A stretch of 64,000 bases of DNA from Eledone cirrhosa (Eukaryota). This document shows, in pieces, positions 1 through 18,000 of the stretch. The stretch covers positions 337,342,001 to 337,406,000 of the forward strand of contig OZ024743.1 of the NCBI GenBank assembly GCA_964016885.1, read 5' to 3'. The translations under genes were made by a program, and so were the position numbers. How positions within the stretch are numbered: position 1 is the first letter of the stretch; the number at the start of each line of letters is the position of its first letter. A model generated the notes under the pieces. That model made no database searches. It saw nothing but the letters and a program-made list of their open reading frames with translations, and was not told where the DNA came from.

Positions 1-3000
1 ATAACAACAGTACCACCAATAACAACAGTACCATCAATAACAACAGCACCAATAACAACAGCACCAATAACAACAGTACCACCAATAACAACAGCACCAA
101 TAACAACAGCACCAATAACAACAGTACCACCAATAACAACAGCACCAATAACAACAGCACCAATAACAACAGCAACAATAACAACAGCACCAATAACAAC
201 AGTACCACCAATAACAACAGCACCAATAACAACAGCACCAATAACAACAGCACCAATAACAACAGCACCAATAACAACAGTACCACCAATAACAACAGCA
301 CCAATAACAACAGCACCAATAACAACAGCACCACCAATTACAACATCACCAATAACAACAGTACCACCAATAACAACAGTACCATCAATAACAACAGCAC
401 CAATAACAACAGCACCAATAACAACAGTACCACCTATAACAACAGCACCAATAACAACAGCACCAATAACAACAGCAACAATAACAACATCACCAATAAC
501 AACAGTACCACCAATAACAACAGTACCATCAATAACAACAGCACCAATAACAACAGCACCAATAACAACAGTACCACCAATAACAACAGCACCAATAACA
601 ACAGTACCACCAATAACAACAGCACCAATAACAACAGCACCAATAACAACAGCAACAATAACAACATCACCAATAACAACAGTACCACCAATAACAACAG
701 TACCATCAATAACAACAGCACCAATAACAACAGCACCAATAACAACAGTACCACCAATAACAACAGCACCAATAACAACAGCACCAATAACAACAGTACC
801 ACCAATAACAACAGCACCAATAACAACAGCACCAATAACAACAGCAACAATAACAACAGCACCAATAACAACAGTACCACCAATAACAACAGCACCACCA
901 ATAACAACAGCACCAATAACAACAGCAACAATAACAACAGCACCAATAACAACAGTACCACCAATAACAACAGCACCAATAACAACAGCACCAATAACAA
1001 CAGTACCACCAATAACAACAGCACCAATAACAACAGCACCAATAACAACAGCACCACCAATTACAACATCACCAATAACAACAGTACCACCAATAACAAC
1101 AGTACCATCAATAACAACAGCACCAATAACAACAGCATCAATAACAACAGTACCATCAATAACAACTGCACCAATAACAACAGCACCAATAACAACAGTA
1201 CCACCAATAACAACAGCACCAATAACAACAGTACCACCAATTACAACATCACCAATAACAACAGTACCACCAATAACAACAGTACCATCAATAACAACAG
1301 CACCAATAACAACAGCACCACCAATAACAACAGCACCAATAACAACAGTACCACCAATAACAACAGCACCAATAACAACAGCACCAATAACAACAGTACC
1401 ACCAATAACAACAGCACCAATAACAACAGTACCACCAATAACAACAGCACCAATAACAACAGTACCAATAACAACAGCACCACCAATAACAACAGTACCA
1501 CCAATAACAACAGTACCACCAATAACAACAGCACCAATAACAAGAGTACCAGCAATAACAACAGCACCAATAACAACAGTACCACCAATAACAACAGTAC
1601 CACCAATAACAACAGTACCACCAATAACAAATGTACCACCAATAACAACAGCACCAATAACAACAGTACCACCAATAACAACAGCACCAATAACAACAGC
1701 ACCAATAACAACAGCACCAATAACAACAGTACCACCAATTACAACATCACCAATAACAACAGCACCAATAACAACAGCACCAATAACAACAGCACCAATA
1801 ACAACAGCACCAATAACAACAGCACCAATAACAACAGCACCAATAACAACAGTACCACCAATTACAACATCACCAATAACAACAGCACCAATAACAACAG
1901 CACCAATTACAACATCACCAATAACAACAGTACCACCAATAACAACAGCACCAATAACAACAGCACCAATAACAACAGCACCAATAACAACAGCACCAAT
2001 TACAACATCACCAATAACAACAGTACCACCAATAACAACAGCACCAATAACAACAGCACCAATAACAACAGCACCAATAACAACAGCACCAATAACAACA
2101 GCACCAATAACAACAGCACCAATAACAACAGTACCACCAATAACAACAGCACCAATAACAACAGCACCAATAACAACAGTACCACCAATTACAACATCAC
2201 CAATAACAACAGTACCACCAATAACAACAGTACCACCAATAACAACAGCACCAATAACAACAGCACCAATAACAACAGCACCAATAACAACAGTACCACC
2301 AATAACAACATCACCAATAACAACAGTACCACCAATAACAACAGCACCAATAACAACAGTACCACCAATAACAACATCACCAATAACAACAGTACCACCA
2401 ATAACAACAGCACCAATAACAACAGCACCAATAACAACAGCACCAATAACAACAGCACCAATAACAACATCACCAATAACAACAGTACCACCAATAACAA
2501 CAGTACCACCAATAAGAACAGCACCAATAAGAACAGCACCAATAACAACAGCACCACCAATAACAGTACCACCAATAACAACAGCACCACCAATAACAGT
2601 ACCACCAATAACAACATCACCAATAACAACAGTACCACCAATAACAACAGCACCAATAACAACAGCACCAATAACAACAGCACCAATAACAACATCACCA
2701 ATAACAACAGTACCACCAATAACAACAGCACCAATAACAACATCACCAATAACAGTACCACCAATAACAACAGTACCACCAATAACAACAGCACCAATAA
2801 CAACATCACCAATAACAGTACCACCAATAACAACAGCACCAATAACAACAGCACCAATAACAACAGCACCAATAACAACAGCACCAATAACAACAGCACC
2901 AATAACAACAGTACCACCAATAACAACAGTAACAACAATAACAACAGCACCAATAACAACAGCACCAATAACAGTACCACCAATAACAACAGCACCAATA

Positions 3001-6000
3001 ACAACATCACCAATAACAACAGTACCACCAATAACAGCACCACCAATAGCAACAACACCAATAACAACATCACCAATAACAACAGTACCACCAATAACAG
3101 CACCACCAATAACAACAGCACCAATAGCAAGAACACCAATAACAACAGCACCAATAACAACAGCACCAATAACAACACCATCAATAACAACAGCACCAAT
3201 TACAACATCACCAATAACAACAGCACCAATAACAACAGTACCACCAATAACAACAGCACCACCAATAACAACAGTACCACCAATAACAACAGCACCAATA
3301 ACAACAGCACCAATAACAACAGTACCACCAATAACAACAGCACCACCAATAACAACAGTACCACCAATAACAACAGTACCATCAATAACAACACCACCAA
3401 CAACAACAGCACCAATAACAACAGTACCACCAATAACAACAGCACCAATAACAACAGTACCACCAATAACAACAGCACCAATAACAACAGTACCACCAAT
3501 AACAACACCATCAATAACAACAGCACCAATAACAACAGCACCAATAACAACAGCACCAATAAAAACAGTACCACCAATAACAACAGCACCAATAACAACA
3601 GTACCACCAATAACAACACCATCAATAACAACAGCACCAATAAAAACAGCACCAATAACAACAGCACCAATAACAACAGTACCACCAATAACAACACCAT
3701 CAATAACAACAGCACCAATAACAACAGCACCAATAACAACAGCACCAATAACAACAGTACCACCAATAACAACAGCACCAATAACAACAGTACCACCAAT
3801 AACAACACCATCAATAACAACAGCACCAATAACAACAGCACCAATAACAACAGCACCAATAACAACAGTACCACCAATAACAACAGCACCAATAACAACA
3901 GTACCACCAATAACAACAGCACCAATAACAACAGTACCACCAATAACAACAGTACCATCAATAACAACACCACCAATAACAACAGCACCAATAACAACAG
4001 TACCATCAATAACAACAGCACCAATAACAACAGTACTAGCTATAACAACAGCACCAATAACAACAGTACTACCAATAACAACAGCACCAATAACAACAGT
4101 ACTACCAATAACAACAGCACCAATAACACCACCACCAATAACAACAGCACCAATAACACCACCACCAATAACAACAGCACCAATAACAACAGTACTACCT
4201 ATAACAACAGCACCAATAACAACAGTACTACCAATAACAACAGCACCAATGACAACAGTACTACCAATAACAACAGCACCAATGACAACAGTACTACCTA
4301 TAACAACAGCACCAATAACACCACCACCAATAACAACAGCACCAATAACAACAGCACTACCAATAACAACAGCACCAATAACAACAGTACTACCAATAAC
4401 AACAGCACCAATAACAACACCACCAATAACAACAGCACCAATAACAACACCACCAATAACAACAGCACCAATAACAACACCACCAATAACAACAGCACCA
4501 ATAACAACAGTACTACCAATAACAACAGCACCAATAACAACAGTACCACCAATAACAACACCACCAATAATAACAGCACCAATAACAACACCACCAATAA
4601 CAACACCACCAATAACAACACCACCAATAACAACAGGACCAATAACAACAGCACCAATAACAACAGCACCAATAACAACAGTACTACCTATAACAACAGC
4701 ACCAATAACAACAGTACTACCTATAACAACAGCACCAATAACAACAGCACCACCAATTACAACATCACCAATAACAACAGTACCACCAATAACAACAGTA
4801 CCACCAATAACAACAGCACCAATAACAACAGTACTACCTATAACAACAGCACCAATAACAACAGTACCAATAACAACAGCACCACCAATAACAACAGCAC
4901 CAATAACAACAGTACCAATAACAACAGCACCACCAATAACAACAGCACCAATAACAACAGCACCAATAACAACAGTACTACCAATAACAACAGCACCAAT
5001 AACAACAGTACTACCAATAACAACAGCACCAATAACAACAGTACCAATAACAACAGCACCACCAATAACAACAGTACCACCAATAAGAACAGCACCAATA
5101 AGAACAGCACCAATAACAACAGCACCAATAACAACAGTACTACCTATAACAACAGCACCAATAACAACAGTACCAATAACAACAGCACCACCAATAACAA
5201 CAGTACCACCAATAACAACAGCACCAATAACAACAGCACCAATAACAACAGTACCACCAATAACAACAGTACCAATAACAACAGCACCACCAATAACAAC
5301 AGTACCAATAACAACAGCACCACCAATAACAACAGCACCAATAACAACAGTACCAATAACAACAGCACCACCAATAACAACAGTACCACCAATAAGAACA
5401 GCACCAATAACAACAGCACCAATAACAACAGTACCACCAATAACAACAGTACCACCAATAACAACAGTACCGCCAATAACAACAGCACCAATAACAACAG
5501 CACCAATAACAACAGCACCAATAACAACAGCACCAATAACAACAGTACCACCAATAACAACAGCACCAATAACAACAGCACCAATAACAACAGCACCACC
5601 AATTACAACATCACCAATAACAACAGTACCACCAATAACAACAGTACCATCAATAACAACAGCACCAATAACAACAGTACCACCAATAACAACAGCACCA
5701 ATAACAACAGTACCACCAATAACAACAGCACCAATAACAACAGTACCACCAATAACAACAGCACCAATAACAACAGCACCAATAACAACAGTACCACCAA
5801 TAACAACAGCACCAATAACAACAGCACCAATAACAACAGCAACAATAACAACATCACCAATAACAACAGTACCACCAATAACAACAGTACCATCAATAAC
5901 AACAGCACCAATAACAACAGCACCAATAACAACAGTACCACCAATAACAACAGCACCAATAACAACAGCACCAATAACAACAGTACCACCAATAACAACA

Positions 6001-9000
6001 GCACCAATAACAACAGCACCAATAACAACAGCAACAATAACAACAGCACCAATAACAACAGTACCACCAATAACAACAGCACCAATAACAACAGCACCAA
6101 TAACAACAGCACCAATAACAACAGCACCAATAACAACAGTACCACCAATAACAACAGCACCAATAACAACAGCACCAATAACAACAGCACCACCAATTAC
6201 AACATCACCAATAACAACAGTACCACCAATAACAACAGTACCATCAATAACAACAGCACCAATAACAACAGCACCAATAACAACAGTACCACCAATAACA
6301 ACAGCACCAATAACAACAGCACCAATAACAACAGCAACAATAACAACATCACCAATAACAACAGTACCACCAATAACAACAGTACCATCAATAACAACAG
6401 CACCAATAACAACAGCACCAATAACAACAGTACCACCAATAACAACAGCACCAATAACAACAGTACCACCAATAACAACAGCACCAATAACAACAGCACC
6501 AATAACAACAGCAACAATAACAACATCACCAATAACAACAGTACCACCAATAACAACAGTACCATCAATAACAACAGCACCAATAACAACAGCACCAATA
6601 ACAACAGTACCACCAATAACAACAGCACCAATAACAACAGCACCAATAACAACAGTACCACCAATAACAACAGCACCAATAACAACAGCACCAATAACAA
6701 CAGCAACAATAACAACAGCACCAATAACAACAGTACCACCAATAACAACAGCACCACCAATAACAACAGCACCAATAACAACAGCAACAATAACAACACC
6801 ACCAATAACAACAGTACCACCAATAACAACAGCACCAATAACAACAGCACCAATAACAACAGTACCACCAATAACAACAGCACCAATAACAACAGCACCA
6901 ATAACAACAGCACCACCAATTACAACATCACCAATAACAACAGTACCACCAATAACAACAGTACCATCAATAACAACAGCACCAATAACAACAGCATCAA
7001 TAACAACAGTACCATCAATAACAACTGCACCAATAACAACAGCACCAATAACAACAGTACCACCAATAACAACAGCACCAATAACAACAGTACCACCAAT
7101 TACAACATCACCAATAACAACAGTACCACCAATAACAACAGTACCATCAATAACAACAGCACCAATAACAACAGCACCACCAATAACAACAGCACCAATA
7201 ACAACAGTACCACCAATAACAACAGCACCAATAACAACAGCACCAATAACAACAGTACCACCAATAACAACAGCACCAATAACAACAGTACCACCAATAA
7301 CAACAGCACCAATAACAACAGTACCAATAACAACAGCACCACCAATAACAACAGTACCACCAATAACAACAGTACCACCAATAACAACAGCACCAATAAC
7401 AAGAGTACCAGCAATAACAACAGCACCAATAACAACAGTACCACCAATAACAACAGTACCACCAATAACAACAGTACCACCAATAACAACTGTACCACCA
7501 ATAACAACAGCACCAATAACAACAGTACCACCAATAACAACAGCACCAATAACAACAGCACCAATAACAACAGCACCAATAACAACAGTACCACCAATTA
7601 CAACATCACCAATAACAACAGCACCAATAACAACAGCACCAATAACAACAGCACCAATAACAACAGCACCAATAACAACAGCACCAATAACAACAGCACC
7701 AATAACAACAGTACCACCAATTACAACATCACCAATAACAACAGCACCAATAACAACAGCACCAATTACAACATCACCAATAACAACAGTACCACCAATA
7801 ACAACAGCACCAATAACAACAGCACCAATAACAACAGCACCAATAACAACAGCACCAATTACAACATCACCAATAACAACAGTACCACCAATAACAACAG
7901 CACCAATAACAACAGCACCAATAACAACAGCACCAATAACAACAGCACCAATAACAACAGCACCAATAACAACAGTACCACCAATAACAACAGCACCAAT
8001 AACAACAGCACCAATAACAACAGTACCACCAATTACAACATCACCAATAACAACAGTACCACCAATAACAACAGTACCACCAATAACAACAGCACCAATA
8101 ACAACAGCACCAATAACAACAGCACCAATAACAACAGTACCACCAATAACAACATCACCAATAACAACAGTACCACCAATAACAACAGCACCAATAACAA
8201 CAGTACCACCAATAACAACATCACCAATAACAACAGTACCACCAATAACAACAGCACCAATAACAACAGCACCAATAACAACAGCACCAATAACAACAGC
8301 ACCAATAACAACATCACCAATAACAACAGTACCACCAATAACAACAGTACCACCAATAAGAACAGCACCAATAAGAACAGCACCAATAACAACAGCACCA
8401 CCAATAACAGTACCACCAATAACAACAGCACCACCAATAACAGTACCACCAATAACAACATCACCAATAACAACAGTACCACCAATAACAACAGCACCAA
8501 TAACAACAGCACCAATAACAACAGCACCAATAACAACATCACCAATAACAACAGTACCACCAATAACAACAGCACCAATAACAACATCACCAATAACAGT
8601 ACCACCAATAACAACAGTACCACCAATAACAACAGCACCAATAACAACATCACCAATAACAGTACCACCAATAACAACAGCACCAATAACAACAGCACCA
8701 ATAACAACAGCACCAATAACAACAGCACCAATAACAACAGCACCAATAACAACAGTACCACCAATAACAACAGTAACAACAATAACAACAGCACCAATAA
8801 CAACAGCACCAATAACAGTACCACCAATAACAACAGCACCAATAACAACATCACCAATAACAACAGTACCACCAATAACAGCACCACCAATAGCAACAAC
8901 ACCAATAACAACATCACCAATAACAACAGTACCACCAATAACAGCACCACCAATAACAACAGCACCAATAGCAAGAACACCAATAACAACAGCACCAATA

Positions 9001-12000
9001 ACAACAGCACCAATAACAACACCATCAATAACAACAGCACCAATTACAACATCACCAATAACAACAGCACCAATAACAACAGTACCACCAATAACAACAG
9101 CACCACCAATAACAACAGTACCACCAATAACAACAGCACCAATAACAACAGCACCAATAACAACAGTACCACCAATAACAACAGCACCACCAATAACAAC
9201 AGTACCACCAATAACAACAGTACCATCAATAACAACACCACCAACAACAACAGCACCAATAACAACAGTACCACCAATAACAACAGCACCAATAACAACA
9301 GTACCACCAATAACAACAGCACCAATAACAACAGTACCACCAATAACAACACCATCAATAACAACAGCACCAATAACAACAGCACCAATAACAACAGCAC
9401 CAATAAAAACAGTACCACCAATAACAACAGCACCAATAACAACAGTACCACCAATAACAACACCATCAATAACAACAGCACCAATAACAACAGCACCAAT
9501 AACAACAGCACCAATAACAACAGTACCACCAATAACAACACCATCAATAACAACAGCACCAATAACAACAGCACCAATAACAACAGCACCAATAACAACA
9601 GTACCACCAATAACAACAGCACCAATAACAACAGTACCACCAATAACAACACCATCAATAACAACAGCACCAATAACAACAGCACCAATAACAACAGCAC
9701 CAATAACAACAGTACCACCAATAACAACAGCACCAATAACAACAGTACCACCAATAACAACAGCACCAATAACAACAGTACCACCAATAACAACAGTACC
9801 ATCAATAACAACACCACCAATAACAACAGCACCAATAACAACAGTACCATCAATAACAACAGCACCAATAACAACAGTACTAGCTATAACAACAGCACCA
9901 ATAACAACAGTACTACCAATAACAACAGCACCAATAACAACAGTACTACCAATAACAACAGCACCAATAACAACAGTACTACCAATAACAACAGCACCAA
10001 TAACAACAGTACTACCAATAACAACAGCACCAATAACAACAGTACTACCAATAACAACAGCACCAATAACAACAGAACTACCTATAACAACAGCACCAAT
10101 AACAACAGTACTACCAATAACAACAGCACCAATAACAACAGTACTACCAATAAAAACAGCACCAATAATAACAGCACCAATAACAACAGTACTACCTATA
10201 ACAACAGCACCAATAACAACAGTACTACCTATAACAACAGCACCAATAACAACAGTACTACCAATAACAACAGCACCAATAACAACAGTACTACCAATAA
10301 CAACAGCACCAATAACAACAGTACCACCAATAAAAACAGCACAAATAATAACAGCACCAATAACAACAGTACTACCTATAACAACAGCACCAATAACAAC
10401 AGTACTACCTATAACAACAGCACCAATAACAACAGTACTACCTATAACAACAGCACCAATAACAACAGTACTACCTATAACAACAGCACCAATAACAACA
10501 GTACTACCAATAACAACAGCACCAATAAAAACAGTACTACCTATAACAACAGCACCAATAACAACAGTACTACCAATAACAACAGCACCAATAACAACAG
10601 TACTAGCTATAACAACAGCACCAATAACAACAGTACTACCTATAACAACAGCACCAATAACAACAGTACTACCAATAACAACAGCACCAATGACAACAGT
10701 ACTACCAATAACAACAGCACCAATGACAACATTACTACCTATAACAACAGCACCAATAACACCACCACCAATAACAACAGCACCAATAACACCACCACCA
10801 ATAACAACAGCACCAATAACAACAGTACTACCTATAACAACAGCACCAATAACAACAGTACTACCAATAACAACAGCACCAATGACAACAGTACTACCAA
10901 TAACAACAGCACCAATGACAACAGTACTACCTATAACAACAGCACCAATAACACCACCACCAATAACAACAGCACCAATAACAACAGCACTACCAATAAC
11001 AACAGCACCAATAACAACAGTACTACCAATAACAACAGCACCAATAACAACACCACCAATAACAACACCACCAATAACAACACCACCAATAACAACAGCA
11101 CCAATAACAACACCACCAATAACAACAGCACCAATAACAACAGTACTACCAATAACAACAGCACCAATAACAACAGTACCACCAATAACAACACCACCAA
11201 TAATAACAGCACCAATAACAACACCACCAATAACAACACCACCAATAACAACACCACCAATAACAACAGGACCAATAACAACAGCACCAATAACAACAGC
11301 ACCAATAACAACAGTACTACCTATAACAACAGCACCAATAACAACAGTACTACCTATAACAACAGCACCAATAACAACAGCACCACCAATTACAACATCA
11401 CCAATAACAACAGTACCACCAATAACAACAGTACCACCAATAACAACAGCACCAATAACAACAGTACTACCTATAACAACAGCACCAATAACAACAGTAC
11501 CAATAACAACAGCACCACCAATAACAACAGCACCAATAACAACAGTACCAATAACAACAGCACCACCAATAACAACAGCACCAATAACAACAGCACCAAT
11601 AACAACAGTACTACCAATAACAACAGCACCAATAACAACAGTACTACCAATAACAACAGCACCAATAACAACAGTACCAATAACAACAGCACCACCAATA
11701 ACAACAGTACCACCAATAAGAACAGCACCAATAAGAACAGCACCAATAACAACAGCACCAATAACAACAGTACTACCTATAACAACAGCACCAATAACAA
11801 CAGTACCAATAACAACAGCACCACCAATAACAACAGTACCACCAATAACAACAGCACCAATAACAACAGCACCAATAACAACAGTACCACCAATAACAAC
11901 AGTACCAATAACAACAGCACCACCAATAACAACAGTACCAATAACAACAGCACCACCAATAACAACAGCACCAATAACAACAGTACCAATAACAACAGCA

Positions 12001-15000
12001 CCACCAATAACAACAGTACCACCAATAAGAACAGCACCAATAACAACAGCACCAATAACAACAGTACCACCAATAACAACAGTACCACCAATAACAACAG
12101 TACCACCAATAACAACAGCACCAATAACAACAGCACCAATAACAACAGCACCAATAACAACAGCACCAATAACAACAGTACCACCAATAACAACAGCACC
12201 AATAACAACAGCACCAATAACAACAGCACCACCAATTACAACATCACCAATAACAACAGTACCACCAATAACAACAGTACCATCAATAACAACAGCACCA
12301 ATAACAACAGTACCACCAATAACAACAGCACCAATAACAACAGTACCACCAATAACAACAGCACCAATAACAACAGTACCACCAATAACAACAGCACCAA
12401 TAACAACAGCACCAATAACAACAGTACCACCAATAACAACAGCACCAATAACAACAGCACCAATAACAACAGCAACAATAACAACATCACCAATAACAAC
12501 AGTACCACCAATAACAACAGTACCATCAATAACAACAGCACCAATAACAACAGCACCAATAACAACAGTACCACCAATAACAACAGCACCAATAACAACA
12601 GCACCAATAACAACAGTACCACCAATAACAACAGCACCAATAACAACAGCACCAATAACAACAGCAACAATAACAACAGCACCAATAACAACAGTACCAC
12701 CAATAACAACAGCACCAATAACAACAGCACCAATAACAACAGCACCAATAACAACAGCACCAATAACAACAGTACCACCAATAACAACAGCACCAATAAC
12801 AACAGCACCAATAACAACAGCACCACCAATTACAACATCACCAATAACAACAGTACCACCAATAACAACAGTACCATCAATAACAACAGCACCAATAACA
12901 ACAGCACCAATAACAACAGTACCACCAATAACAACAGCACCAATAACAACAGCACCAATAACAACAGCAACAATAACAACATCACCAATAACAACAGTAC
13001 CACCAATAACAACAGTACCATCAATAACAACAGCACCAATAACAACAGCACCAATAACAACAGTACCACCAATAACAACAGCACCAATAACAACAGCACC
13101 AATAACAACAGTACCACCAATAACAACAGCACCAATAACAACAGCACCAATAACAACAGCAACAATAACAACATCACCAATAACAACAGTACCACCAATA
13201 ACAACAGTACCATCAATAACAACAGCACCAATAACAACAGCACCAATAACAACAGTACCACCAATAACAACAGCACCAATAACAACAGCACCAATAACAA
13301 CAGTACCACCAATAACAACAGCACCAATAACAACAGCACCAATAACAACAGCAACAATAACAACAGCACCAATAACAACAGTACCACCAATAACAACAGC
13401 ACCACCAATAACAACAGCACCAATAACAACAGCAACAATAACAACAGCACCAATAACAACAGTACCACCAATAACAACAGCACCAATAACAACAGCACCA
13501 ATAACAACAGTACCACCAATAACAACAGCACCAATAACAACAGCACCAATAACAACAGCACCACCAATTACAACATCACCAATAACAACAGTACCACCAA
13601 TAACAACAGTACCATCAATAACAACAGCACCAATAACAACAGCACCAATAACAACAGTACCATCAATAACAACTGCACCAATAACAACAGCACCAATAAC
13701 AACAGTACCACCAATAACAACAGCACCAATAACAACAGTACCACCAATTACAACATCACCAATAACAACAGTACCACCAATAACAACAGTACCATCAATA
13801 ACAACAGCACCAATAACAACAGCACCACCAATAACAAGAGTACCAGCAATAACAACAGCACCAATAAGAACAGTACCACCAATAACAACAGTACCACCAA
13901 TAACAACAGTACCACCAATAACAACTGTACCACCAATAACAACAGCACCAATAACAACAGTACCACCAATAACAACAGCACCAATAACAACAGCACCAAT
14001 AACAACAGCACCAATAACAACAGTACCACCAATTACAACATCACCAATAACAACAGCACCAATAACAACAGCACCAATAACAACAGCACCAATAACAACA
14101 GCACCAATAACAACAGCACCAATAACAACAGCACCAATAACAACAGTACCACCAATTACAACATCACCAATAACAACAGCACCAATAACAACAGCACCAA
14201 TTACAACATCACCAATAACAACAGTACCACCAATAACAACAGCACCAATAACAACAGCACCAATAACAACAGCACCAATAACAACAGCACCAATTACAAC
14301 ATCACCAATAACAACAGTACCACCAATAACAACAGCACCAATAACAACAGCACCAATAACAACAGCACCAATAACAACAGCACCAATAACAACAGCACCA
14401 ATAACAACAGCACCAATAACAACAGTACCACCAATAACAACAGCACCAATAACAACAGCACCAATAACAACAGTACCACCAATTACAACATCACCAATAA
14501 CAACAGTACCACCAATAACAACAGTACCACCAATAACAACAGCACCAATAACAACAGCACCAATAACAACAGCACCAATAACAACAGTACCACCAATAAC
14601 AACATCACCAATAACAACAGTACCACCAATAACAACAGCACCAATAACAACAGTACCACCAATAACAACATCACCAATAACAACAGTACCACCAATAACA
14701 ACAGCACCAATAACAACAGCACCAATAACAACAGCACCAATAACAACAGCACCAATAACAACATCACCAATAACAACAGTACCACCAATAACAACAGTAC
14801 CACCAATAAGAACAGCACCAATAACAACAGCACCAATAACAACAGCACCACCAATAACAGTACCACCAATAACAACAGCACCACCAATAACAGTACCACC
14901 AATAACAACATCACCAATAACAACAGTACCACCAATAACAACAGCACCAATAACAACAGCACCAATAACAACAGCACCAATAACAACATCACCAATAACA

Positions 15001-18000
15001 ACAGTACCACCAATAACAACAGCACCAATAACAACATCACCAATAACAGTACCACCAATAACAACAGTACCACCAATAACAACAGCACCAATAACAACAT
15101 CACCAATAACAGTACCACCAATAACAACAGCACCAATAACAACAGCACCAATAACAACAGCACCAATAACAACAGCACCAATAACAACAGTACCACCAAT
15201 AACAACAGTAACAACAATAACAACAGCACCAATAACAACAGCACCAATAACAGTACCACCAATAACAACAGCACCAATAACAACATCACCAATAACAACA
15301 GTACCACCAATAACAGCACCACCAATAGCAACAACACCAATAACAACATCACCAATAACAACAGTACCACCAATAACAGCACCACCAATAACAACAGCAC
15401 CAATAGCAACAACACCAATAACAACAGCACCAATAACAACAGCACCAATAACAACACCATCAATAACAACAGCACCAATTACAACATCACCAATAACAAC
15501 AGCACCAATAACAACAGTACCACCAATAACAACAGCACCACCAATAACAACAGTACCACCAATAACAACAGCACCAATAACAACAGCACCAATAACAACA
15601 GTACCACCAATAACAACAGCACCACCAATAACAACAGTACCACCAATAACAACAGTACCATCAATAACAACACCACCAACAACAACAGCACCAATAACAA
15701 CAGTACCACCAATAACAACAGCACCAATAACAACAGTACCACCAATAACAACAGCACCAATAACAACAGTACCACCAATAACAACACCATCAATAACAAC
15801 AGCACCAATAACAACAGCACCAATAACAACAGCACCAATAAAAACAGTACCACCAATAACAACAGCACCAATAACAACAGTACCACCAATAACAACACCA
15901 TCAATAACAACAGCACCAATAACAACAGCACCAATAACAACAGCACCAATAACAACAGTACCACCAATAACAACACCATCAATAACAACAGCACCAATAA
16001 CAACAGCACCAATAACAACAGCACCAATAACAACAGTACCACCAATAACAACAGCACCAATAACAACAGTACCACCAATAACAACACCATCAATAACAAC
16101 AGCACCAATAACAACAGCACCAATAACAACAGCACCAATAACAACAGTACCACCAATAACAACAGCACCAATAACAACAGTACCACCAATAACAACAGCA
16201 CCAATAACAACAGTACCACCAATAACAACAGTACCATCAATAACAACACCACCAATAACAACAGCACCAATAACAACAGTACCATCAATAACAACAGCAC
16301 CAATAACAACAGCACCAATAACAACAGTACCACCAATAACAACAGCACCAATAACAACAGCACCACCAATAACAACAGCACCAATAACAACAGTACCACC
16401 AATAACAACAGCACCACCAATAACAACAGCACTAATAACAACAGCACCAATAACAACACTACCACCAATAACAACAGCACCAATAACAACAGCACCACCA
16501 ATAACAACAGCACCAATAACAACAGTACCACCAATAACAACAGCACCACCAATAACAACAGCACTAATAACAACAGCACCAATAACAACAGTACCACCAA
16601 TAACAACAGCACCAATAACAACAGCACCACCAATAACAACAGCACCAATAACAACAGCACCACCAATAACAACAGCACCAATAACAACAGTACCACCAAT
16701 AACAACAGCACCACCAATAACAACAGCACTAATAACAACAGCACCAATAACAACAGTACCATCAATAACAACAGCACCAATAACAACAGAACCAATAACA
16801 ACAGTACCACCAATAACAACAGCACCAATAACAACAGTACCACCAATAACAACAGCACCAATAACAACAGTACCACCAATAACAACAGTACCACCAATAA
16901 CAACAGCACCAATAACAACAGTACCACCAATAACAACAGTACCATCAATAACAACACCACCAATAACAACAGCACCAATAACAACAGTACCATCAATAAC
17001 AACAGCACCAATAACAACAGCACCAATAACAACAGTACCACCAATAACAACAGCACCAATAACAACAGTACCACCAATAACAACACCACCAATAACAACA
17101 GTAACACCAATAACAACAGCACCAATAACAACAGCACCACCAATAACAACAGCACCAATAACAACAGTACCACCAATAACAACAGCACCACCAATAACAA
17201 CAGCACTAATAACAACAGCACCAATAACAACAGTACCATCAATAACAACAGCACCAATAACAACAGTACCACCAATAACAACAGCACCAATAACAACAGC
17301 ACCACCAATAACAACAGCACCAATAACAACAGTACCACCAATAACAACACCATCAATAACAACAGCACCAATAACAACAGCACCAATAACAACAGTACCA
17401 CCAATAACAACAGTACCAATAACAACAGCACCACCAATGACAACACCATCAATAACAACACCACCAATAACAACAGCACCAATAACAACAGTACCAATAA
17501 CAACAGCACCAGCAATAACAACACCATCAATAACAACACCACCAATAACAACAGCACCAATAACAACAGCACCACCAATAACAACAGCACCAATAACAAC
17601 AGTACTACCAATAACAACACCACCAATAACAACAGCACCAATAACAACAGCACCAATAACGAAAGTACCAATAACAACAGCACCAATAACAACAGTACCA
17701 ATAACAACAGCACCACCAATAACAACAGTACCACCAATAACAACAGTACCACCAATAACAACAGCACCAATAACAACAGCACCACCAATAACAACAGTAC
17801 CACCAATAACAACAGTACCACCAATAACAACAGTACCACCAATAACAACAGCACCACCAATAACAACAGCACCAATAACAACAGTACCAATAACAACAGT
17901 ACCAATAACAACAGCACCAATAACAACAGCACCAATAACAACATTACCAATAACAACAGCACCAATAACAACAGTACCAATAACAACAGTACCAATAACA

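Noticed and set aside
4249-4251. ATG start of the 6316-aa ORF
   Set aside because: It is an ATA>ATG variant inside the repeat; the frame is already open from base 1.
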